From assembly GCA_963826715.1 (NCBI GenBank), contig CAWGYA010000008.1, positions 864,001 through 928,000 of the forward strand: DNA of 64,000 nucleotides. The letters run 5' to 3'. The position numbers and the translations under genes are program-made. The notes beneath the pieces are model-generated. The model worked only from the letters and a program-made list of their open reading frames with translations. It did no database searches and had not been told where the DNA came from. Below are positions 28,893-39,532 of the stretch, in pieces; the stretch's first letter is position 1, and each line of letters begins with the position of its first letter. The DNA comes from Candidatus Bathyarchaeota archaeon (lineage in GTDB: Archaea > Thermoproteota > Bathyarchaeia > Bathyarchaeales > Bathycorpusculaceae).

Positions 28893-29972
28893 CTATTTTT
28901 TTCTCAGTGCCTCAGGGATGTAGGCGCATGCGGGGTCTGATTCTGTTATGTCGCCGGTGTAGGCGTAGGCTCGGTTTCTACATCCGCCGCAGATTTCTCG
29001 GTATTCGCAGACGCCGCATTTGCCCTTGAGCACGCTGCGGTCTTGGAATTTGTTGTAGTATTTGGATTGTTTGATTTCTTCCCATGCGGTTGTTAGGCTT
29101 TTGTTGCGTATGTTACCCAGCATCATGGGTTCTGATGGTTGTAAATCAGTGTAGAAGCATGGGATTAAGTCGCCGTTTTCGGTTACTGAAAGGTATCCTC
29201 CGAATGCAAAGTAGGTGCATTTGCCGTGGAATTCTTTTTCGTACCATTCGTTGAATTCTTTTTCGGGGATTCGCTGTTTAACGACCCTTGCGAAGTGGGG
29301 AGCGTGAACATGAATTTCGAATTTGCCCCTATACCTCTCTGTTAGGTCCCAGATGTGGTTTAGTACCCACTCGTATTGTTCGGGCGTAGGAGTTAACTCC
29401 ATGGTGGATTTGGCTCTCCCGCTTGGCACCAAATGATTGTACCAAACAAAGTTAGCGTGGTATTTGTCGGCTAATTCAGCAACGTGGTCAAGGTGTTGAT
29501 AGTTGACGGTTGTTATGGCGGCAGCTAAGCCGTTTAGGATTTTACCTGCTGAAAGTTTTTCGATTGCTGCCAGTGCTTTTTTGTAGCTGCCTTTTCCTCG
29601 GAGTTGGTCGTTGATTTCTTCTGGTCCATCGATGCTAACCGAGGACCAAACATTGTATTTGACTAAATTGTCATAGATGTCGCCGTCGACAAAGCAGCCA
29701 TTGGTTAAAAGGCATACGTTTAACCCTTTGTCTTTCGCGTATTTTACAATTTCAAAGATATCTTTACGCATTAACGGTTCGCCGCCTTTAATGCCGAACC
29801 ATCTTACGCCGAATTTTTTTACTTCATCTACTAGGTGGAAGGCTTCTTGGGTTGACATTTCGTTTGCTGCATGTGAGCCTGTTGCGTCAACGTTGCAATA
29901 TTTGCATCTTGCATTGCAAGCTCCTGTTGAGCGCCAAGAAGTCATGAGTAAGGGACCTTTATGTTCGGTCAA
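28893..29972 (-). CDS. Radical SAM/SPASM protein no. 2
   Basis: CNARCKYC, KGGEPL, CGVCEYREICGGCR...DPAC; 4 bp upstream of radical SAM no. 3, so probably co-transcribed. Confidence 0.88.
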   Translation of the reverse strand: MTEHKGPLLMTSWRSTGACNARCKYCNVDATGSHAANEMSTQEAFHLVDEVKKFGVRWFGIKGGEPLMRKDIFEIVKYAKDKGLNVCLLTNGCFVDGDIYDNLVKYNVWSSVSIDGPEEINDQLRGKGSYKKALAAIEKLSAGKILNGLAAAITTVNYQHLDHVAELADKYHANFVWYNHLVPSGRAKSTMELTPTPEQYEWVLNHIWDLTERYRGKFEIHVHAPHFARVVKQRIPEKEFNEWYEKEFHGKCTYFAFGGYLSVTENGDLIPCFYTDLQPSEPMMLGNIRNKSLTTAWEEIKQSKYYNKFQDRSVLKGKCGVCEYREICGGCRNRAYAYTGDITESDPACAYIPEALRKK

Positions 29973-30123
29973 GTAAAATTCTCCCTTTGATTCCCCATAA
30001 TGTTTAACTTAAGGGTTCTTTTGATCTTAAAAAAGCTTGTGCGGTATAAAGCCGTTTTAAACTTCATAAATCAGAAGCAGATTCTAAATTTTTTTCTTTT
30101 TTTTAGGCAGTTTCTGGGTTTTT

Positions 30124-30138
30124 CCGTAAAGTTTATAG
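30124..30138 (+). promoter_or_regulatory. BRE/TATA promoter of the beta-propeller pair
   Basis: CCGTAAAG-TTTATAG. Confidence 0.45.
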
Positions 30139-30204
30139 TGAAACAAACATCCTATTCAATTAATCTCGGGGGCAAATTCAACGCAAATCAAGAAAATTCA
30201 GGTA

Positions 30205-31650
30205 TTGACCATCTTCGCGTTGCTTCTTGTCTCCTTACTTTCCTTTTCAATGGCTGCTCTGCAAACTGGGGGTTTGACAATGGCGCAGCCAACTACTTCG
30301 TCCTCATCCAAAGGGAGTTTACTGCAGTATGATTGGCCCCAATTCATGGGAGACTCTTCTTTTACAAGGTTTTCTGCGGGACCCGCCCCAGCCACCTCTG
30401 ATGTGCTCTGGAAAGCCAATGTGACGGGTGTGCAGACATATTTATCTGCATTTAACGGTATGGTTTATGTTGGCACAAACACCTCTATTGTCGCGCTTGA
30501 TAGAGACACAGGTAGCAAAATCTGGGAAACCGCCATACCCATGCCAATGACTTGGCCAATAGCTTATAAAATTGACGATTCTCACCTGGTAGTTGAGAAC
30601 AGCTGCTTAGACCCTGAAACAGGTGTTATAATCTGGACCAGCCCTGACTTTTGCGCTGACACGGGTATCTTCAGTTCTAATGTGTATAGTCCCGAAGAGA
30701 AAATGTTCTACCTCAAAGTTGATTCCTATACGCAAGCTTGGAGTTTTGTTAATCCCGATCTTCCTCCAACGTTTGTATGGTCAACCTATGTCCCAGGCGG
30801 TGGGCGAACAGGCATTGGAACAACCTACGGCGATGGCAAAGTTTTTGTGGGTTCTTTCATGAATTTGCAGATGGCGCTTGACGCCAAAACGGGTGAGCTC
30901 CTTTGGAGTACTAACACTATGGGTCCGATGATTTTTGACGGTTCCTTTATTGATGGGCGTTTCCTTCGTGGCGGAACCGACGATAATACCATGTACTGTT
31001 TTAACGCTGCGGATGGGGAGATTATGTGGACCTATACACCGTCTGAAGATTATCCCTATGAGGGGGGTTACTTTACTTCAGGCACTGCCGTAGGTTATGG
31101 CAACGTGTATGAACCCAACAAGGACGGTTACATCTACGCTATCAACATCGCCACAGGTGAATTATCGTGGCGCTACAAAGGTCCAGGCACTTTGTTGTGG
31201 CCGGGTTTTGCTACGGTTGCCGACGGCAAAATTTTTGTGACCAGCGGTGAAATTGCCCAGTATGGCGGTGGAGAAGGGCGCTCGGAGTTTGCATGCCTAA
31301 ACGCTTTCACAGGCGAACTCATTTGGAAGCTTCCTATCGAGGCTCTTGCACCCCGTGAGTCTTCTATGGTTGCCTACGGGCGGCTATATTTGATCCCTGG
31401 CACCGTAACTGATGCAGTTGATGCCATATCTGGGAGTGAATATACTACTTATAATCAGGTTTGGGCAATCGGTACCCAAAACGTGCCCGATGTGACTGTA
31501 ATGCCTTTACCCACTTCGTCAACTTCAGGGGCGCCAACTTTAAGCTTAATTACTCTTGTTCTGGTTGCCTTGGTGATTATTGTTGTGTTCGTGGTCTTTT
31601 TAGCTGTAATATTGCGGTTTGATAACCTTAAAGGGAGGAAAAACCGATAG
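30205..31650 (+). CDS. Secreted PQQ-type beta-propeller repeat protein with C-terminal TM anchor
   Basis: Repeated ALDxxTGxxxW motifs; signal peptide; TM tail. Confidence 0.85.
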   Translation: MTIFALLLVSLLSFSMAALQTGGLTMAQPTTSSSSKGSLLQYDWPQFMGDSSFTRFSAGPAPATSDVLWKANVTGVQTYLSAFNGMVYVGTNTSIVALDRDTGSKIWETAIPMPMTWPIAYKIDDSHLVVENSCLDPETGVIIWTSPDFCADTGIFSSNVYSPEEKMFYLKVDSYTQAWSFVNPDLPPTFVWSTYVPGGGRTGIGTTYGDGKVFVGSFMNLQMALDAKTGELLWSTNTMGPMIFDGSFIDGRFLRGGTDDNTMYCFNAADGEIMWTYTPSEDYPYEGGYFTSGTAVGYGNVYEPNKDGYIYAINIATGELSWRYKGPGTLLWPGFATVADGKIFVTSGEIAQYGGGEGRSEFACLNAFTGELIWKLPIEALAPRESSMVAYGRLYLIPGTVTDAVDAISGSEYTTYNQVWAIGTQNVPDVTVMPLPTSSTSGAPTLSLITLVLVALVIIVVFVVFLAVILRFDNLKGRKNR

Positions 31651-31673
31651 CCAATTTCACGTCCTCATTAACA

Positions 31674-32990
31674 GTGGCGTTAATCTTAATCATTACCTTT
31701 GCTATGTGTTCCACCATTGTGTTGGCAGTACCTGAATCTGCATCAGATACTTGGTACATGTGGAGAGGCAATGCAGAACATTCCTCCGCCGCAGCTTCGG
31801 GTCCTTCTAATCTCACTTTGGCATGGAACTACACTACGGACGGTTCAGTTATCTCATCGCCCAGCATAGTGGATGGCATAGTATATGTTGGCTCGCAAGA
31901 TACCCACCTCTATGCACTAGGAGCCTCTAACGGTTCATTAATTTGGAAATTCAAAACACAAGACTACATCGTATCTTCTCCAGCGGTTGCAGGTGGCAAA
32001 GTCTTTACCGGAGGTGACGATGGCTATGTCTATTGCCTAGATGCTCGCACTGGTGAGTTTTTATGGAAAACCTTTGTGAACGGGGATGTTGAGTACACCT
32101 ATGGTTCGTTGGTATTGAAGTCTTCCCCGGCGGTTGTAGGTGGAATCGTTTATGTTGGTTCATTAGATGGTTACTTTTACGCATTGGATGCCGACACTGG
32201 AAACATTGTTTGGAGCTACAACACCAATGGTTACATTCTTTCATCACCTGCAGTTTCTGATGGTGCAGTCTACTTTACATCTGAAATACCTGGCACAGGA
32301 ATGCTCTACAAACTAGATGCCACCACAGGCAACTTGCTTTGGAGTTTACCCATCGAATATGAGCATCAGTTTACAGGCGGCACCGAAATGATTGGTTCCC
32401 CTTCAATTGCGGCTGGCATGGTTTTTGTTCCCGCGGACTTGCGGACCTATTACGGCGTCAACGTTCAAACAGGCGAGGTGGTGTGGACTTTCCGTGAACC
32501 TGATGCAGCTGAATTCATTGTTTCCTGCCCCTTATACGTTGACGGTGATCTATATATAATCAACAAATACAGCATAACCACCCTGAACGCCGCCACTGGG
32601 CAGATTAACTGGAGCTTCTTTACTGGTGACGAACTCTACACCTCGCTATCTTACGCGGCAGGCAAAATCTATTTGATGACTAGCCAACGCCATATCTTCA
32701 TACTCGATGCAGTTGACAAAGGCACAAAACTAGCTAACTACACTACCCCCTCGGGAAGCTGGTCTTCCCCCTCGCTATACGACGGCAAACTTTACATTGG
32801 TAACCATGATTGGAACGTCTATTGTTTCTCCGAAAATGTTACTTCCTTACCCGTATCGGAGGGCGGAAAGTTGGAAATCGATTTTTATTCAGGTATCATA
32901 ATCGTAGTTGTTGTGGCCATTGCAGTGTTGCTGACGGTTTATATCAATCAAATTAGCAAAGAAAAGGAAAAGTCCAAAGCTTTTAGCTAA
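31674..32990 (+). CDS. Secreted PQQ-type (BamB-like) beta-propeller protein with TM anchor
   Basis: SSPAV.GG.VYVGS.DG..YALDA.TG...W repeats. Confidence 0.88.
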   Translation: MALILIITFAMCSTIVLAVPESASDTWYMWRGNAEHSSAAASGPSNLTLAWNYTTDGSVISSPSIVDGIVYVGSQDTHLYALGASNGSLIWKFKTQDYIVSSPAVAGGKVFTGGDDGYVYCLDARTGEFLWKTFVNGDVEYTYGSLVLKSSPAVVGGIVYVGSLDGYFYALDADTGNIVWSYNTNGYILSSPAVSDGAVYFTSEIPGTGMLYKLDATTGNLLWSLPIEYEHQFTGGTEMIGSPSIAAGMVFVPADLRTYYGVNVQTGEVVWTFREPDAAEFIVSCPLYVDGDLYIINKYSITTLNAATGQINWSFFTGDELYTSLSYAAGKIYLMTSQRHIFILDAVDKGTKLANYTTPSGSWSSPSLYDGKLYIGNHDWNVYCFSENVTSLPVSEGGKLEIDFYSGIIIVVVVAIAVLLTVYINQISKEKEKSKAFS

Positions 32991-33703
32991 ACAGCTTTTT
33001 TAAGAAGTACAATTATTGTTGGAGTCTGTGCTGAACCCGTTGCAGCTAATTGCTCTACTTTCTCAGTCGTGAATCGGGGTGTCAGCAACTTCTGTATTTT
33101 TTCAACTGTGTAGAAGTTCATATGAGAATCGTAGTTTAGGCCTGCCATACCCTCTGGTGTTTCGATGATTAGATAACCTTGAGGCTTTAAAGTTCGATAG
33201 GCTTCGTCAATAAAGATTTCTGGTGCCCAGAGATGCTCCAAAACCTCCGAGGCGATAACCAAATCGAATGTTGTATCTGCGAATGCAAGGGTTTCTGCGT
33301 CGCCTGCCATAACTGAGGATACTTTGCATTGGTGTGCGGCAGTAGCGACTGTGGGTAAATCTACTGCAGCGACAAAATGTCCTTTTTTTATGAGGGGTTC
33401 ACTAATTACGCCATCTCCGCAGCCTACATCAAGGATTCTTAGATTACACCCGATGCTGTTGACCATATCCTCGAAGATTTTGAGGCGGTCAAGGTTTAAG
33501 GTGTTAACACTCATGGCTTCGGGATGCGTTTCCATCATCATGATGTGCATGTTCGCATCGTATTTTTGCCATTCGACCCATTTTTGTTTACTTTGTTTAC
33601 GTCGTCCAAAATAAATTTCTCTTGTAATTACCCATTTGAGCTGGTGGGGATGTGTAAGCAGGTATTTGACGCCTGCCATTTGCCTACTTAGTGCCCTACT
33701 CAT
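32987..33703 (-). CDS. Class I SAM-dependent methyltransferase
   Basis: ILDVGCGDG, FDLVIASEVLEHL, LKPQG. Confidence 0.88.
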   Translation of the reverse strand: MSRALSRQMAGVKYLLTHPHQLKWVITREIYFGRRKQSKQKWVEWQKYDANMHIMMMETHPEAMSVNTLNLDRLKIFEDMVNSIGCNLRILDVGCGDGVISEPLIKKGHFVAAVDLPTVATAAHQCKVSSVMAGDAETLAFADTTFDLVIASEVLEHLWAPEIFIDEAYRTLKPQGYLIIETPEGMAGLNYDSHMNFYTVEKIQKLLTPRFTTEKVEQLAATGSAQTPTIIVLLKKAV

Positions 33704-33707
33704 TTCT

Positions 33708-35168
33708 TTATCCCTGTTGCTGTTTGCTTGGGGTGCTGTGTCCGCCAGGGCTTATTTTAGGGTGATATAAATGGCGGATTGCCCATCGGGCGGCGCGGTT
33801 ATTGGCGACGAGGTGGTTGAGAGCGCTGCGTGCCATGATTTGGCTGTAAAAGTCGCCTTTTATTTTTTTGCGTATGTAAAATGAGTAGGAGAGGTAGCGA
33901 TCATAGAATTCTTTTTTGGTCTGGTTGAGTTTTTCCAGCGGCAAAAGGTTGTTTTGGAAGACTTGAGTTTGTTCATGGTAAAGACTCCAGTCTTTGGCTA
34001 GTTCTAAGCCCAGGCTTTTGGTGAAGTCATAGAGCTCTGTGCCTGGATAAGGCACGGCTTCGCACATGTATACATAGTCAGGTTTGGTTTTGTAGATGAA
34101 ATCGATGGTTTGCTGTAGTTGTTCGGGGGTTTCGGTGGGGTAGCCTATGACCAGCGAAATCGCAACAGATATGCCTGCCTCTTTTGCCCACTTGATTGCT
34201 TGGGCGTTTTGCTCTACTGTTGTGCCTTTGCGCATTAAATTCAGAATCTCTTGGTTACCTGACTCTACGCCGAAATGTACCAATTGGCAACCTGCGCTAT
34301 GTAGTTTGGAAAGTAGGTTAGGTGATACTTTATCGACTCTGGTGCGGCAGTCCCACGGTAAATTAAACTTGCGTTTCTTAATTTCATCGCAGATTGCAAT
34401 GGCACGGTTCACATCAAAGGTGAAGGTGTCATCGTAGAAGGCAAATGCGCCGCCGCCAAAATCATCTCGTAACCACTCAAGTTCATCTACGACTTTTATT
34501 GGGCTGCGTCCTCGAAAACCGCGTCCACACATTTTGTAGCCTGCACAAAAGGTGCACTGAAAGGGGCAGCCACGGCTGGTTATTATAGGCAAATATGTTT
34601 TGTTTAGAATTCGGTATTTGCTTACATCAAAGTGTTTATGAGCGGGGTGCGGTAGCAGGTCTATATTTTGTATAAAAGGACGGTCGTTGTTTCGAAGAAC
34701 TTTGTCGTTTTGTTTGTAGGTTATGCCTAAAACTTGGCTAAAGTCATAATTATTGCCGCTTGAAATGAGAGCGGCGAGTTCCAACATGGTCTGTTCGCCT
34801 TCGCTTCGAACCACAATGTCCACATTGTTGCTCTCTTGAAAAGTCTGCTGGTCCATAACAGTAACATGGGGTCCTCCGATCATTGTGACGGCTTTAGGTA
34901 ATGCGGTTTTGGCGGCTTTCAGGATGTTCAGAGCTGGATTGTACGTAAGCGTGGCAGATGTAACGCCGACGATGTCACAATTTAAGCTGCGGAATTTCTC
35001 TTCCAGCTCATGCTGAGTGGGGTGGGTTGTTTGGCAGTCCACGACATCGACGTTGTAGCCTTTCTCTTCAAGCACCGCTGTTAAGTAACTGATCCCTAAT
35101 GGTAGAAAGATGGCTTGCGGCGCCTCCACTGGGTATGGTGGATTTACAAGTGCAACATGCGCCTTCAA
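33708..35168 (-). CDS. B12-binding radical SAM protein (class B) no. 4
   Basis: PLGISYL, GGPHVT, SRGCPFQCTFC, GVESG, PYPGT; TTG start chosen by comparison with paralogs. Confidence 0.92.
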   Translation of the reverse strand: MKAHVALVNPPYPVEAPQAIFLPLGISYLTAVLEEKGYNVDVVDCQTTHPTQHELEEKFRSLNCDIVGVTSATLTYNPALNILKAAKTALPKAVTMIGGPHVTVMDQQTFQESNNVDIVVRSEGEQTMLELAALISSGNNYDFSQVLGITYKQNDKVLRNNDRPFIQNIDLLPHPAHKHFDVSKYRILNKTYLPIITSRGCPFQCTFCAGYKMCGRGFRGRSPIKVVDELEWLRDDFGGGAFAFYDDTFTFDVNRAIAICDEIKKRKFNLPWDCRTRVDKVSPNLLSKLHSAGCQLVHFGVESGNQEILNLMRKGTTVEQNAQAIKWAKEAGISVAISLVIGYPTETPEQLQQTIDFIYKTKPDYVYMCEAVPYPGTELYDFTKSLGLELAKDWSLYHEQTQVFQNNLLPLEKLNQTKKEFYDRYLSYSFYIRKKIKGDFYSQIMARSALNHLVANNRAARWAIRHLYHPKISPGGHSTPSKQQQG

Positions 35169-35306
35169 AGTTGTTTCCCCGAAATTGGTGATACTCAGAA
35201 ACACGGTTGCGCAGTCTATTATGTTTTATGCAAATTGGGCTGTGCTGTCTTAGGTGGGGAAACGGAAGGTTTTTTATGACAAGTCTATAACTAGCGCCAA
35301 TGAAGC

Positions 35307-36875
35307 TTGGAGAATAATGCTTTGTCAGCGGATATTGCCATAATTAATGCAAACATCAAAACCCAAAATCCAACTCAGCCTACCGCCCAAGCTCTAACAA
35401 TTCAAGGAAATCGCATCGTCAGAGTTGGTTCCAACCAACAAATCCGGTCTCAGATCGTCCAAACCACTAAAGTGCTCGACCTCAAAGGGAAAACTGTTGT
35501 GCCCGGTTTTATTGATACGCACATTCATGTAGCTGATTTTGGGCGCTGCCTTATGTGGCTGGACTTAACCCCTGCAAAATCTATCGTTGAACTGCAGAAT
35601 CTTGTTAAAGAGAAAGCAAAAAGCATCCCTGCAGGCAGATGGATTATTGGGCAGGGCTGGAATGAAACGCGATTTCAAGAAAACCGCATGCCCACAGTCA
35701 ACGATTTAGATGAAGTGGCTCCCAGCAACCCTGTTATCCTTTACCGCGAAGCAGCGATGATATGTGTTGTTAATAGCCTGGCAATCAAAAGTGCAGGCAT
35801 AACAGAGCAAACTCCTATCCCTAAATGCGGTGCGATTGATAAAACCGGTAAAGGCATACTATCTGGTATTTTCAGGGATACTGCCACCCAACTTGTATGG
35901 AAAGTTGTTCCAGAACCAACTGAAGATGAGTTATTAGCGGTCACTGCGGCTGCTTGTCAAAAAATCTTTCAAGCAGGCATAACCAGCATTGATTGGCTTG
36001 TTATTTCTGAAGGTGAACTTCCGATAATTCAGCGGTTACATGAGCGTGGGTTGCTATTATTCAGGGTTAACGTGGTTGTTCCAGAGGTGCTTCTAGAAAA
36101 AACTGTTGACATTAAGTCAAATAATCCTGAAGTGCTACGCGTGGGGGGCGCTTTTATTGTCGTAGATGGTTATTTGGATTCTAAAGAAGCAGCCCTGCAG
36201 AAGCCTTATAGTGACGACCCTTTGAACAAAGGGAAAATATTGCTTACCGAAGAAGAGCTTGAAGCTAAGATAAAGCGGGTGATGGATTTTGGAGTTCAAC
36301 CTGTTATCCATGCAATGGGCGATGAAGCTATCGACACAACCTTAAAAGTTATCGAGAAAATGTGTCTCAAAAAAAGCAGTATCCCCTTCAGAATTGAGCA
36401 AGCCGCTGTCTTAAATGAATCCCTAATTAAACGCCTAAAAGCACAATATATCGTGGTTTCCATTCAACCAAAAGTCATAACGACAGAATTCGCCGTTTGG
36501 TCGGCGGATCAGCACCTCGGCAGCCGAGCACGTTTGTTGCATCCGCTTAAAACGCTTCTTAATGAGGGTGTTAGAGTTGCGGCTGGTTCAGACTGCCCCA
36601 TGGAGCCATTGAGCGTATTGCTAGGTATTCAAGAATTGGTTACGCGGGAAAATTACCCAGAGCAGAGACTTAGCGTTGATGAAGCCATACGATTATACAC
36701 ACTTAACGCAGCTTACTGCTCAGGAGATGAAGCCTTCAAAGGTTCGGTTGAAAAGGGAAAAATAGCTGACTTAACAATCTTGTCTGAAAATCTTAACTTG
36801 GTTGCGCCTGATAAAATCGGGACGGTAACTGTTGATTTTGTTATTTTGAATGGGCAAATCATGGTTGTAACCTAG
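35307..36875 (+). CDS. Amidohydrolase 3 (YtcJ-like) metal-dependent hydrolase
   Basis: PGFIDTHIH, IHAMGD, GSDCP, YTLNAAY, GKIADL. Confidence 0.9.
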   Translation: MENNALSADIAIINANIKTQNPTQPTAQALTIQGNRIVRVGSNQQIRSQIVQTTKVLDLKGKTVVPGFIDTHIHVADFGRCLMWLDLTPAKSIVELQNLVKEKAKSIPAGRWIIGQGWNETRFQENRMPTVNDLDEVAPSNPVILYREAAMICVVNSLAIKSAGITEQTPIPKCGAIDKTGKGILSGIFRDTATQLVWKVVPEPTEDELLAVTAAACQKIFQAGITSIDWLVISEGELPIIQRLHERGLLLFRVNVVVPEVLLEKTVDIKSNNPEVLRVGGAFIVVDGYLDSKEAALQKPYSDDPLNKGKILLTEEELEAKIKRVMDFGVQPVIHAMGDEAIDTTLKVIEKMCLKKSSIPFRIEQAAVLNESLIKRLKAQYIVVSIQPKVITTEFAVWSADQHLGSRARLLHPLKTLLNEGVRVAAGSDCPMEPLSVLLGIQELVTRENYPEQRLSVDEAIRLYTLNAAYCSGDEAFKGSVEKGKIADLTILSENLNLVAPDKIGTVTVDFVILNGQIMVVT

Positions 36876-37006
36876 CAAAATACAGTAGAACTGAACTTTA
36901 GAGATTAGTTTTATTGATGAGGTTTGTAGTCATCAATATAATTGGTCTTTTTAGATAGCTTGTATGATTATCAAAGGGGTCCGCAGCAACAACTTTGCTC
37001 AAAATT

Positions 37007-38467
37007 TTATTTTTTGAGTAACATTTTAATCGTCTTTATTGGGTGCCGTATAGCTCGTAAGCCCTTTTCACGTGTAAATGTTGGGTTAACCATGTTAGCT
37101 CGCATGCACAGCTCCTGTAAATCAGCTGCCGAAAATTCAGGTGTCTCTACCAATGGCTCTGTCGCTGCTAATGCAAAGTCACAGAAGCCTTCCCGCAGAA
37201 AACCTCGGTCCCGCGCTTGCTCAAAGAATGCTGTCCCATAAAGCGGCATAGCTATGCTGAAAATGAATGTATCAGCGCCCATTGCCCTTAGTTTGTATGC
37301 GAATTTTATTGTGTCTTCGATGTCTTGTTTAGTTTCTCCGATTAAACCCATGACAAAAAAGCATCCGACTTTGAGTCCGACTTTTTTGGCGGCAATGACT
37401 GCAGTTTCGACTTTTTGGAGGTCTAGATTCTTTTTAATAATATCGTTTACGACTCGCTGTACACCTGACTCAGGTGCAACGCGGATTTTTCGGCATCCCG
37501 CCGCTTTCATCTTCTGCAATAAAGCCTCATCGAGTGTATCCGCTCTGATGCCGTTGGGGGTAAACCATTCAAAATGTATCTTTCTTTGCACAATTAGATC
37601 GCAAATCTCAACAATTCGTTGCCTATCTACGGTTAGGTTGTCATCGGAGAAATCTACTTGCTTAACCCCAAATACTTTAACGACTTGTTCTAATTCGTCA
37701 ACAACGCTTTTTGGGGTTCGAGGCCGCCACTTTTTACCCCAAACGATGCAGTTAGAGCAGAAGACGCAGTTGTAAGGGCAGCCGCGGCTGGTAATTACTA
37801 TTGTGTAGGGTTTATTGATTTCCCCCCGCAGTGGATTTTTATGAACTGCTTCGCCGTAAACCTTCATGGGTAATAGATGCCTTGCGGGGAATGGTAGTGT
37901 ATCCAAATCCTCAATTGGTGTCCGTTTGCCAGTGAAAACCGCTTTTCCACTATCCTTATAGCCTAAACCGTTGATGACCAGAAAATCGGTTTTCTGTGCC
38001 AACGCCATTACAAGTTCTGACACAGTGTTTTCGGGTTCGCCCACAACCACAAAATCCACGTAGTTATTTTGCAGACACTCCCTTGGCTGTGAAGATGGAT
38101 GTAAGCCAAACAATACAACTACAATTTCTTGGTTGATACTCTTGATTGTGGCTGCAACTTCAAACGCGGTTTTTGACCAGCCTGAAAAGGGAATCTCTAA
38201 AATTGCAACCTGGGGTTTCCATGTTGCGATACGCGCCGCAATAGTTTCTGCACTCAAGCCCACTCGGTATTTGGTTTCGTCAAGCTCCTGTAGATTTTCC
38301 CAACCCTCAGTCGGCGCATCAATTATGGATACCGAGTGATTTTTTTCAAGAACTGCCGCTACAGAAGCGAGCGCAATGGGTGGAAAAACGTTTGGTTTCC
38401 CCCAAGCCTTAGGTTGAATACGAGGTGGATTAATGAGGCAAACACGCATCTGCGGCACTCTTAGCAC
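37007..38467 (-). CDS. B12-binding radical SAM protein (class B) no. 5
   Basis: PPIALASVAA, TSRGCPYNCVFC, APESG, PLYGT. Confidence 0.9.
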   Translation of the reverse strand: MLRVPQMRVCLINPPRIQPKAWGKPNVFPPIALASVAAVLEKNHSVSIIDAPTEGWENLQELDETKYRVGLSAETIAARIATWKPQVAILEIPFSGWSKTAFEVAATIKSINQEIVVVLFGLHPSSQPRECLQNNYVDFVVVGEPENTVSELVMALAQKTDFLVINGLGYKDSGKAVFTGKRTPIEDLDTLPFPARHLLPMKVYGEAVHKNPLRGEINKPYTIVITSRGCPYNCVFCSNCIVWGKKWRPRTPKSVVDELEQVVKVFGVKQVDFSDDNLTVDRQRIVEICDLIVQRKIHFEWFTPNGIRADTLDEALLQKMKAAGCRKIRVAPESGVQRVVNDIIKKNLDLQKVETAVIAAKKVGLKVGCFFVMGLIGETKQDIEDTIKFAYKLRAMGADTFIFSIAMPLYGTAFFEQARDRGFLREGFCDFALAATEPLVETPEFSAADLQELCMRANMVNPTFTREKGLRAIRHPIKTIKMLLKK

Positions 38468-38500
38468 ATCTTACTTTGTCTGTGCGATTAAAACTTTGCA

Positions 38501-39532
38501 CTAAATCGGGATCCAAAACAGCCGGACAATCACCAGCACAGCCACACACAATAACCCCCACAGAATAATGGTGACGTCGCGAATGCGTAGTGCCCCTAAG
38601 ATCTTTTCGCCAGTTACTGGTTCTTGGGCATCGCCCAAAATGTATTGTCCCGATTTTTCGAGCTGAATTCGCAGGGCACCTGCAACCGCCGCCATTGGCC
38701 ACCCATGGTTTCGACTGGGTGTTTTTTTGTGATCACGACGAGCCATTTGCCACGCGTTTTTTACATCCATCCGTAGAATCGCCGCTGCCGCAATCATCAA
38801 AATCGCGGTAAGACGTGTGGGAATATAATTTACAAAATTGTCAAGGTTAGCGCTGAACCACCCTAAATTAATATATTCCTTATTCTTGAAGCCTACCATT
38901 CCATCCAGTGTGTTTATTGCTCTAAAAGCGATGGCGCCTGTGACGCCGAAGAGGGCAAACGACATCATCGGCGATAGCTTAAAGTCGATTAGGTTCTCCG
39001 ACATGGATTCAATGACGGCGCTGCCGATTTGGCTTCCGTTAAGTCCCCTTGAGTCGCGCCGAGAGAAATGGCTGTATTTTTTTGCTTCTTCTATATCACT
39101 TGCTTGTATGGCTTTGGCCGCTGCTTTTGCCCAATCTGTTTCTAACCTGATGCAAAGCGTCATCTTTAGCAGCACCACACCAAGCAACGCGTAAACGATT
39201 ATGTTCAGATAAAGGGGTAAAAATGTGTAGATTGCCCAAAGTGTAAAGAAAACTGGCAAAGAAAATGCAGCGATAACCGTTAACCCAAGTAATGCGCCCA
39301 GAAATTTCTCAGAGGCTGCATCAGTGTTTCTGAAGTGGGGCTCGATTTTTCGGGTAAAATTCCCCATCAAAACAGTGGGGTGCAGCTTAAACGCCAATCG
39401 TTCGGGGTAATTGGGTGAGGGGTCGCCTATGACTGCTGCTAACAGCACAGCTATAACCAGCATAACGATGGCGGTAACTATGTTGGTTGGGTTTTGAGTC
39501 AATCCTAAGTAGAGGTCGAGCATCGATTGCAT
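38501..39532 (-). CDS. cbiB: Adenosylcobinamide-phosphate synthase
   Basis: IGDP...HP, IESMSEN, FRAINTLDGMVG, SANLDNFVNYIPTR, TPSRNHGWPMAA.AGAL. Confidence 0.92.
   Translation of the reverse strand: MQSMLDLYLGLTQNPTNIVTAIVMLVIAVLLAAVIGDPSPNYPERLAFKLHPTVLMGNFTRKIEPHFRNTDAASEKFLGALLGLTVIAAFSLPVFFTLWAIYTFLPLYLNIIVYALLGVVLLKMTLCIRLETDWAKAAAKAIQASDIEEAKKYSHFSRRDSRGLNGSQIGSAVIESMSENLIDFKLSPMMSFALFGVTGAIAFRAINTLDGMVGFKNKEYINLGWFSANLDNFVNYIPTRLTAILMIAAAAILRMDVKNAWQMARRDHKKTPSRNHGWPMAAVAGALRIQLEKSGQYILGDAQEPVTGEKILGALRIRDVTIILWGLLCVAVLVIVRLFWIPI

Noticed and set aside
28893-32990. PQQ biosynthesis plus quinoprotein dehydrogenase locus
   Set aside because: No pqqA-D; the propellers show only generic repeat motifs, and the SPASM enzyme is not specifically PqqE
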